From: Escherichia coli
Lineage (GTDB): Bacteria > Pseudomonadota > Gammaproteobacteria > Enterobacterales > Enterobacteriaceae
Assembly: GCF_965641715.1 (NCBI RefSeq)
Contig: NZ_OZ282453.1
Length of the DNA stretch: 64,000 bases
Strand: one strand, 5' to 3'
In this document: in pieces, positions 57,301 through 64,000 of the stretch
Layout: every line of letters begins with the position of its first letter
Numbering within the stretch: the stretch's first letter is position 1
The notes under the pieces: model-generated
What the model was told of the DNA's origin: nothing
The model's input: only the letters and a program-made list of their open reading frames with translations
Databases searched by the model: none
Position numbers and translations under genes: made by a program

Positions 57301-57875
57301 CATTGCGCCGGTTTTTGCTGCTTTTTTATCGCTTGCGGCAGGTCTGCCAGGCTATTTAACACCCAATCTGCCGCGTTTTCTGCTTCAGGTGTAATAGGTT
57401 TACCCGTACGCACCAGCACTTTTGTTCCCACGTTCGCCGCAACCGCTGCCTGCATATCTTCTAATTTATCGCCCACCATATAAGAAGCGGCCATATCAAT
57501 ATGCAAATAATCGCGTGCTGACAAAAGCATCCCCGGATGTGGTTTGCGGCAATCGCAGACCTGGCGAAACTCTTCAACACTACCCTGCGGATGATGCGGG
57601 CAATAATATATACCATCCAGATCGACATCTCGGTCCGCCAGCGACCAGTCCATCCACTCGGTCAGCGTTTCAAACTGTGCTTCGGTAAATTTACCGCGAG
57701 CAATGCCAGACTGGTTGGTTACTACCACCAGCGCAAAGCCCATTTTTTTTAGCTCGCGCATGGCGTCAATAACACCGTCGATAAATTCAAAGTTGTCGAT
57801 CTCATGGACATAGCCGTGATCGACATTAATAGTGCCGTCACGGTCAAGAAAAATTGCGGGTACGCTCTTCGCCAC
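57300..57875 (-). CDS. gmhB: D,D-heptose 1,7-bisphosphate phosphatase
   Basis: 191 aa HAD-family phosphatase (FLDRDGTIN ...); conserved position between rrnH and metN. Confidence 0.9.
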
Positions 57876-57964
57876 CTTTTATAGCTCCTTAATAAGGCAT
57901 GTGACGCTAGTATCGCATGTTTCGACCTGCAAGAAAGTGCTCTTCGCATAAACCTGATTGATTT

Positions 57965-57996
57965 AGACGTCTGGATGCCTTAACATCCATTTCATT
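57965..57996 (+). promoter_or_regulatory. Candidate MetJ operator (tandem 8 bp met boxes) upstream of metN
   Basis: AGACGTCT followed by the degenerate 8-mers GGATGCCT TAACATCC ATTTCATT, ~70 bp upstream of metN. Confidence 0.4.
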
Positions 57997-58062
57997 GACG
58001 GCGTTGCCCGTTTCAGGCATTCGAGATGCCACGACTAACTTAATGACGATAATAAATAATCA

Positions 58063-59094
58063 ATGATAAAACTTTCGAATATCACCAAAGTGTTCCACCA
58101 GGGCACCCGCATCATCCAGGCGTTGAACAACGTCAGCCTGCATGTGCCAGCTGGACAAATTTATGGCGTTATCGGTGCCTCAGGCGCGGGTAAGAGTACG
58201 CTTATACGTTGTGTAAACCTGCTGGAGCGCCCAACCGAGGGTAGCGTGCTGGTCGATGGCCAGGAACTGACCACGCTGTCAGAATCCGAGTTGACCAAAG
58301 CTCGTCGCCAGATTGGTATGATTTTCCAGCATTTTAACCTGCTCTCTTCGCGTACTGTTTTTGGCAACGTGGCTCTGCCGCTGGAGCTGGACAATACACC
58401 GAAAGACGAGATCAAACGTCGCGTGACGGAATTGCTGTCATTGGTTGGTCTTGGCGATAAGCATGATAGCTACCCGTCGAATCTTTCCGGTGGGCAGAAA
58501 CAACGTGTGGCGATTGCCCGTGCATTAGCCAGCAATCCCAAAGTATTGCTGTGTGATGAAGCCACCAGCGCGCTGGACCCGGCAACGACACGTTCTATTC
58601 TCGAACTGCTGAAAGACATCAACCGCCGTCTGGGTTTGACGATTCTGTTGATCACCCACGAAATGGACGTTGTGAAGCGTATTTGTGATTGCGTTGCGGT
58701 CATCAGCAATGGCGAACTAATCGAGCAGGACACGGTAAGTGAAGTGTTCTCACATCCGAAAACGCCGCTGGCGCAGAAGTTTATTCAGTCAACCCTGCAT
58801 CTGGATATCCCGGAAGATTACCAGGAACGTCTGCAAGCGGAGCCATTCACTGACTGCGTGCCGATGCTGCGTCTGGAGTTTACCGGTCAATCGGTCGATG
58901 CCCCACTGCTTTCTGAAACCGCGCGTCGTTTCAACGTCAACAACAACATTATTAGCGCGCAGATGGACTACGCTGGTGGCGTTAAATTCGGCATCATGCT
59001 GACTGAAATGCACGGCACACAACAAGATACGCAAGCCGCCATTGCCTGGCTGCAGGAACACCATGTAAAAGTAGAGGTACTGGGTTATGTCTGA
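58063..59094 (+). CDS. metN: Methionine ABC transporter ATP-binding protein
   Basis: 343 aa; Walker [13 protein letters not shown] signature LSGGQKQR. Confidence 0.95.
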   Translation: MIKLSNITKVFHQGTRIIQALNNVSLHVPAGQIYGVIGASGAGKSTLIRCVNLLERPTEGSVLVDGQELTTLSESELTKARRQIGMIFQHFNLLSSRTVFGNVALPLELDNTPKDEIKRRVTELLSLVGLGDKHDSYPSNLSGGQKQRVAIARALASNPKVLLCDEATSALDPATTRSILELLKDINRRLGLTILLITHEMDVVKRICDCVAVISNGELIEQDTVSEVFSHPKTPLAQKFIQSTLHLDIPEDYQERLQAEPFTDCVPMLRLEFTGQSVDAPLLSETARRFNVNNNIISAQMDYAGGVKFGIMLTEMHGTQQDTQAAIAWLQEHHVKVEVLGYV

Positions 59095-59740
59095 GCCGAT
59101 GATGTGGCTGCTGGTTCGTGGCGTATGGGAAACGCTGGCAATGACCTTCGTATCCGGATTTTTTGGGTTTGTGATTGGTCTGCCGGTTGGCGTCCTGCTT
59201 TATGTCACGCGTCCGGGGCAAATTATTGCTAACGCGAAGCTGTATCGTACCGTTTCTGCGATTGTGAACATTTTCCGTTCCATCCCGTTCATTATCTTGC
59301 TGGTATGGATGATTCCGTTTACCCGCGTTATTGTCGGTACATCGATTGGTTTGCAGGCAGCAATTGTTCCGTTAACCGTTGGTGCAGCACCGTTTATTGC
59401 CCGTATGGTCGAGAACGCTCTGCTGGAGATCCCAACCGGGTTAATTGAAGCTTCCCGCGCAATGGGTGCCACGCCAATGCAGATCGTCCGTAAAGTGCTG
59501 TTACCGGAAGCGTTGCCGGGTCTGGTGAATGCGGCAACTATCACCCTGATTACCCTGGTCGGTTATTCCGCGATGGGTGGTGCAGTCGGTGCCGGTGGTT
59601 TAGGTCAGATTGGCTATCAGTATGGCTACATCGGCTACAACGCGACGGTGATGAATACGGTACTGGTATTGCTGGTCATTCTGGTTTATTTAATTCAGTT
59701 CGCAGGCGACCGCATCGTCCGGGCTGTCACTCGCAAGTAA
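59087..59740 (+). CDS. metI: Methionine ABC transporter permease
   Basis: 217 aa polytopic membrane protein; 8 nt overlap with metN. Confidence 0.93.
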   Translation: MSEPMMWLLVRGVWETLAMTFVSGFFGFVIGLPVGVLLYVTRPGQIIANAKLYRTVSAIVNIFRSIPFIILLVWMIPFTRVIVGTSIGLQAAIVPLTVGAAPFIARMVENALLEIPTGLIEASRAMGATPMQIVRKVLLPEALPGLVNAATITLITLVGYSAMGGAVGAGGLGQIGYQYGYIGYNATVMNTVLVLLVILVYLIQFAGDRIVRAVTRK

Positions 59741-59779
59741 CGTTCAACACAACATAAATAATTGAAGAAGGAATAAGGT

Positions 59780-60595
59780 ATGGCGTTCAAATTCAAAACC
59801 TTTGCGGCAGTGGGAGCCCTGATTGGATCACTGGCACTGGTAGGCTGCGGTCAGGATGAAAAAGATCCAAACCACATTAAAGTCGGCGTGATTGTTGGTG
59901 CCGAACAGCAGGTTGCAGAAGTCGCGCAGAAAGTTGCGAAAGACAAATATGGCCTGGACGTTGAGCTGGTAACCTTCAACGACTATGTTCTGCCAAACGA
60001 AGCATTGAGCAAAGGCGATATCGACGCCAACGCCTTCCAGCATAAACCGTACCTTGATCAGCAACTGAAAGATCGTGGCTACAAACTGGTCGCAGTAGGC
60101 AACACTTTTGTTTATCCGATTGCTGGTTACTCCAAGAAAATCAAATCACTGGATGAACTGCAGGATGGTTCGCAGGTTGCCGTGCCAAACGACCCAACTA
60201 ACCTTGGTCGTTCACTGCTGCTGCTGCAAAAAGTGGGCTTGATCAAACTGAAAGATGGCGTTGGCCTGCTGCCGACCGTTCTTGATGTTGTTGAGAACCC
60301 CAAAAATCTGAAAATTGTTGAGCTGGAAGCACCGCAACTGCCGCGTTCTCTGGACGACGCGCAAATCGCTCTGGCAGTTATTAACACCACCTATGCCAGC
60401 CAGATTGGCCTGACTCCAGCGAAAGACGGTATCTTTGTCGAAGATAAAGACTCCCCGTACGTAAACCTGATCGTAACGCGTGAAGATAACAAAGACGCCG
60501 AGAACGTGAAGAAATTCGTCCAGGCTTATCAGTCTGACGAAGTTTACGAAGCAGCAAACAAAGTGTTTAACGGCGGCGCTGTTAAAGGCTGGTAA
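59780..60595 (+). CDS. metQ: Methionine-binding lipoprotein
   Basis: 271 aa with lipobox (LALVGC); NlpA-family substrate-binding protein. Confidence 0.93.
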   Translation: MAFKFKTFAAVGALIGSLALVGCGQDEKDPNHIKVGVIVGAEQQVAEVAQKVAKDKYGLDVELVTFNDYVLPNEALSKGDIDANAFQHKPYLDQQLKDRGYKLVAVGNTFVYPIAGYSKKIKSLDELQDGSQVAVPNDPTNLGRSLLLLQKVGLIKLKDGVGLLPTVLDVVENPKNLKIVELEAPQLPRSLDDAQIALAVINTTYASQIGLTPAKDGIFVEDKDSPYVNLIVTREDNKDAENVKKFVQAYQSDEVYEAANKVFNGGAVKGW

Positions 60596-60712
60596 TTTTT
60601 AGGCTGTTTCCACAATTTGTAATATCATTCAGGACGGGCGCTTGCCCGTCTTGTCATTTTTACAAGCTCCTGATTCAATATTGACGTTTTGATCATACAT
60701 TGAGGAAATACT

Positions 60713-61117
60713 ATGCGTGCTTTACCGATCTGTTTAGTAGCACTCATGCTAAGCGGCTGTTCCATGTTAAGCAGATCCCCCGTCGAACCCGTTCAAAGCA
60801 CTGCACCCCAGCCGAAAGCGGAGCCTGCAAAACCGAAAGCGCCGCGCGCCACGCCGGTCCGAATTTATACCAATGCAGAAGAATTAGTCGGCAAACCGTT
60901 CCGCGATCTCGGTGAAGTCAGTGGCGACTCTTGCCAGGCCTCTAATCAGGACTCTCCGCCGAGCATTCCAACCGCGCGTAAGCGGATGCAAATCAACGCC
61001 TCGAAAATGAAAGCCAATGCGGTATTACTGCATAGCTGCGAAGTCACCAGCGGTACGCCAGGCTGCTATCGTCAGGCTGTATGTATCGGTTCTGCGCTTA
61101 ACATTACGGCGAAATGA
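60713..61117 (+). CDS. rcsF: Outer-membrane lipoprotein RcsF (Rcs phosphorelay sensor)
   Basis: 134 aa, lipobox MLSGC, proline-rich linker, C-terminal cysteines. Confidence 0.9.
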   Translation: MRALPICLVALMLSGCSMLSRSPVEPVQSTAPQPKAEPAKPKAPRATPVRIYTNAEELVGKPFRDLGEVSGDSCQASNQDSPPSIPTARKRMQINASKMKANAVLLHSCEVTSGTPGCYRQAVCIGSALNITAK

Positions 61118-61821
61118 GCAGTTTCCAGTTCGAGCAAATAGGCGTTATTCGCTCGCCCTATAAAGAAAAATTCGCCGTTCCGCGCCAGCCTGGTCTGGTA
61201 AAAAGCGCCAACGGCGAACTGCATCTCATTGCTCCCTACAACCAGGCCGACGCCGTTCGCGGCCTGGAAGCATTCAGCCATTTATGGATCCTTTTCGTCT
61301 TTCATCAAACGATGGAAGGCGGCTGGCGTCCGACTGTGCGTCCGCCTCGTCTTGGCGGTAATGCCAGAATGGGTGTTTTCGCTACGCGTTCCACTTTTCG
61401 CCCTAACCCAATTGGTATGTCGCTGGTAGAGCTGAAAGAGGTTGTTTGCCATAAAGACAGCGTGATTCTGAAGCTCGGCAGTCTGGATCTGGTCGATGGT
61501 ACGCCGGTAGTGGATATCAAACCGTATCTCCCCTTTGCCGAATCGCTTCCCGATGCCTGTGCCAGCTATGCGCAAAGTGCGCCAGCGGCAGAGATGACGG
61601 TGAGTTTTACCGCAGAGGTCGAAAAGCAGCTTTTGACGCTGGAGAAGCGTTATCCGCAGTTAACCCTGTTTATCCGCGAAGTACTGGCGCAAGACCCGCG
61701 CCCGGCCTATCGTAAAGGTGAGGAAACGGGCAAAACCTATGCCGTCTGGCTGCATGATTTTAACGTTCGCTGGCGCATCACCGACGCAGGTTTTGAAGTC
61801 TTTGCGCTGGAACCGCGTTAA
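61114..61821 (+). CDS. tsaA: tRNA (adenine37-N6)-methyltransferase TsaA (YaeB)
   Basis: 235 aa; overlaps the rcsF stop; conserved position upstream of proS. Confidence 0.88.
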   Translation: MSSFQFEQIGVIRSPYKEKFAVPRQPGLVKSANGELHLIAPYNQADAVRGLEAFSHLWILFVFHQTMEGGWRPTVRPPRLGGNARMGVFATRSTFRPNPIGMSLVELKEVVCHKDSVILKLGSLDLVDGTPVVDIKPYLPFAESLPDACASYAQSAPAAEMTVSFTAEVEKQLLTLEKRYPQLTLFIREVLAQDPRPAYRKGEETGKTYAVWLHDFNVRWRITDAGFEVFALEPR

Positions 61822-61931
61822 ATTCACGCCCTTCTCTTTTGACATTTCTTTTGCACTGGTAAACTAAATCACTTTTTTTGTCCCAGGCTCGCCTTGAGCC
61901 TGTTCTACCTTCCAACTGGAACCGTAACAAC

Positions 61932-63650
61932 ATGCGTACTAGCCAATACCTGCTCTCCACTCTCAAGGAGACACCTGCCGACGCCGAGGTGATCAGCCAT
62001 CAGCTGATGCTGCGCGCCGGGATGATCCGCAAGCTGGCCTCCGGGTTATATACCTGGCTGCCGACCGGCGTGCGCGTTCTGAAAAAAGTCGAAAACATCG
62101 TGCGTGAAGAGATGAACAACGCCGGTGCAATCGAGGTGTCGATGCCGGTGGTTCAGCCAGCCGATTTGTGGCAAGAGAGTGGTCGTTGGGAACAGTACGG
62201 TCCGGAACTGCTGCGTTTTGTTGACCGTGGCGAGCGTCCGTTCGTACTCGGCCCAACTCATGAAGAAGTTATCACTGACCTGATTCGTAACGAGCTTAGC
62301 TCTTACAAACAGCTGCCGCTGAACTTCTATCAGATCCAGACCAAGTTCCGCGACGAAGTGCGTCCGCGTTTCGGCGTCATGCGTTCCCGCGAATTCCTGA
62401 TGAAAGATGCTTACTCTTTCCATACTTCTCAGGAATCCCTGCAGGAAACCTACGATGCAATGTATGCGGCCTACAGCAAAATCTTCAGCCGCATGGGGCT
62501 GGATTTCCGCGCCGTACAGGCCGACACCGGTTCTATCGGCGGCAGCGCCTCTCACGAATTCCAGGTGCTGGCGCAGAGCGGTGAAGACGATGTGGTCTTC
62601 TCCGACACCTCTGACTATGCAGCGAACATTGAACTGGCAGAAGCTATCGCGCCGAAAGAACCGCGCGCTGCTGCTACCCAGGAAATGACGCTGGTTGATA
62701 CGCCGAACGCGAAAACCATCGCGGAACTGGTTGAACAGTTCAATCTGCCGATTAAGAAAACGGTTAAGACTCTGCTTGTTAAAGCGGTTGAAGGCAGTAG
62801 CTTCCCGCTGGTTGCGCTGCTGGTGCGCGGTGATCACGAGCTGAACGAAGTTAAAGCAGAAAAACTGCCGCAGGTTGCCAGCCCGCTGACTTTCGCGACC
62901 GAAGAAGAAATTCGTGCCGTGGTTAAAGCCGGTCCGGGTTCACTGGGTCCGGTAAACATGCCGATTCCGGTGGTGATTGACCGTACCGTTGCGGCGATGA
63001 GTGATTTCGCTGCTGGTGCTAACATCGATGGTAAACACTACTTCGGCATCAACTGGGATCGCGATGTCGCTACCCCGGAAGTTGCGGATATCCGTAACGT
63101 GGTGGCAGGCGATCCAAGCCCGGATGGCCAGGGTACGCTGCTGATCAAACGTGGTATCGAAGTTGGTCACATCTTCCAGCTGGGTACCAAGTACTCCGAA
63201 GCACTGAAAGCCTCCGTACAGGGTGAAGATGGCCGTAACCAAATCCTGACTATGGGTTGCTACGGTATCGGGGTAACGCGCGTAGTGGCTGCGGCGATTG
63301 AGCAGAACTACGACGAGCGCGGCATCGTATGGCCTGACGCTATCGCGCCGTTCCAGGTGGCGATTCTGCCGATGAACATGCACAAATCCTTCCGCGTACA
63401 AGAGCTTGCTGAGAAACTGTACAGCGAACTACGCGCGCAAGGTATCGAAGTGCTGCTGGATGACCGCAAAGAGCGTCCGGGCGTGATGTTTGCTGATATG
63501 GAACTGATCGGTATTCCGCACACTATTGTGCTGGGCGACCGTAACCTCGACAACGACGATATCGAATATAAATATCGTCGCAACGGCGAGAAACAGTTAA
63601 TTAAGACTGGTGACATCGTCGAATATCTGGTGAAACAGATTAAAGGCTGA
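61932..63650 (+). CDS. proS: Prolyl-tRNA synthetase
   Basis: ORF 61878..63650; ProS N-terminus [30 protein letters not shown] at ATG 61932; 572 aa. Confidence 0.95.
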   Translation: MRTSQYLLSTLKETPADAEVISHQLMLRAGMIRKLASGLYTWLPTGVRVLKKVENIVREEMNNAGAIEVSMPVVQPADLWQESGRWEQYGPELLRFVDRGERPFVLGPTHEEVITDLIRNELSSYKQLPLNFYQIQTKFRDEVRPRFGVMRSREFLMKDAYSFHTSQESLQETYDAMYAAYSKIFSRMGLDFRAVQADTGSIGGSASHEFQVLAQSGEDDVVFSDTSDYAANIELAEAIAPKEPRAAATQEMTLVDTPNAKTIAELVEQFNLPIKKTVKTLLVKAVEGSSFPLVALLVRGDHELNEVKAEKLPQVASPLTFATEEEIRAVVKAGPGSLGPVNMPIPVVIDRTVAAMSDFAAGANIDGKHYFGINWDRDVATPEVADIRNVVAGDPSPDGQGTLLIKRGIEVGHIFQLGTKYSEALKASVQGEDGRNQILTMGCYGIGVTRVVAAAIEQNYDERGIVWPDAIAPFQVAILPMNMHKSFRVQELAEKLYSELRAQGIEVLLDDRKERPGVMFADMELIGIPHTIVLGDRNLDNDDIEYKYRRNGEKQLIKTGDIVEYLVKQIKG

Positions 63651-63656
63651 TGCCAG

Positions 63657-63687
63657 AAAGGGTCCTGAATTTCAGGGCCCTTTTTTA
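63657..63687 (+). terminator. Rho-independent terminator after proS
   Basis: aaagggtcctgaa / ttcagggcccttt stem followed by a T-run. Confidence 0.5.
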
Positions 63688-63702
63688 CATGGATTGTATA
63701 AA

Positions 63703-64000
63703 ATGGATAAACCAAAGGCGTACTACCGCCTGCTTCTCCCCAGCTTTCTTTTACTTTCGGCCTGTACCGTTGATATCAGCCAGCCAGACTCCTCTGCCAC
63801 AGCAGTAGATGCCGAGGCGAAAACATGGGCTGTCAAATTCCAGCATCAAAGCTCTTTCACCGAACAATCAATAAAAGAAATAACGGTACCTGATCTCAAA
63901 CCCGGCGATTTGCTGTTCTCCTCAAGCCTTGGGGTAACCTCATTTGGAATCCGCGTCTTCAGCACTTCCTCTGTGAGTCACGTTGCAATCTATCTGGGTG
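63703..64000 (+). CDS. yaeF: Lipoprotein YaeF (NlpC/P60-family), N-terminal part; gene continues beyond window end
   Basis: ATG at 63703, lipobox (LLLSAC); open to the end of the window. Confidence 0.65.
   Translation, partial: MDKPKAYYRLLLPSFLLLSACTVDISQPDSSATAVDAEAKTWAVKFQHQSSFTEQSIKEITVPDLKPGDLLFSSSLGVTSFGIRVFSTSSVSHVAIYLG

Overview
Enterobacterial (Escherichia coli-type) chromosomal window in the gmhA-fadE-ivy-yafV ... aspV-dnaQ-rnhA-yafS-gloB-mltD-yafE-yafD-yafC-dkgB-aspU-rrnH-gmhB-metNIQ-rcsF-tsaA-proS-yaeF neighbourhood, in inverted orientation relative to the usual K-12 map. Between yafV (ends 4269) and yafT/tRNA-Asp aspV (43483..43559) lies a ~39 kb type VI secretion system (T6SS) island, which to my knowledge is absent from K-12. 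It carries a complete core set on the + strand (tssB, tssC, tssE, tssF, tssG, FHA protein, tssJ, tssK, tssL, clpV, vasI-like, tssA, tssM, tagA-like, hcp) and, divergently on the - strand, hcp followed by three VgrG-linked cargo modules. The core island is a well-known system; the parts I consider genuinely worth follow-up are the cargo modules: (1) vgrG1, a DUF4123 adaptor, an unassigned 523 aa effector candidate and a secreted 336 aa immunity candidate, then PAAR; (2) vgrG2 with a C-terminal extension, an HExxH metallopeptidase-like effector candidate and a downstream immunity candidate whose signal peptide is out of frame at a homopolymer tract; (3) a PAAR/vgrG deletion remnant, a DUF4123 adaptor, a small lipoprotein and a Tle1-like (DUF2235, GxSxG) phospholipase candidate. 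Other observations: an in-frame amber codon that truncates the tagA-like gene, ~1.45 kb near-identical direct repeats between the two vgrG genes, degenerate ISAs1/H-repeat remnants and a diverged duplicate of the yafV 3' end at the island's left edge. The rest of the window is conserved housekeeping DNA including a full rrnH-type rRNA operon. No CRISPR array was seen. All family assignments come from reading the translated ORFs and from gene order; no database search was run.
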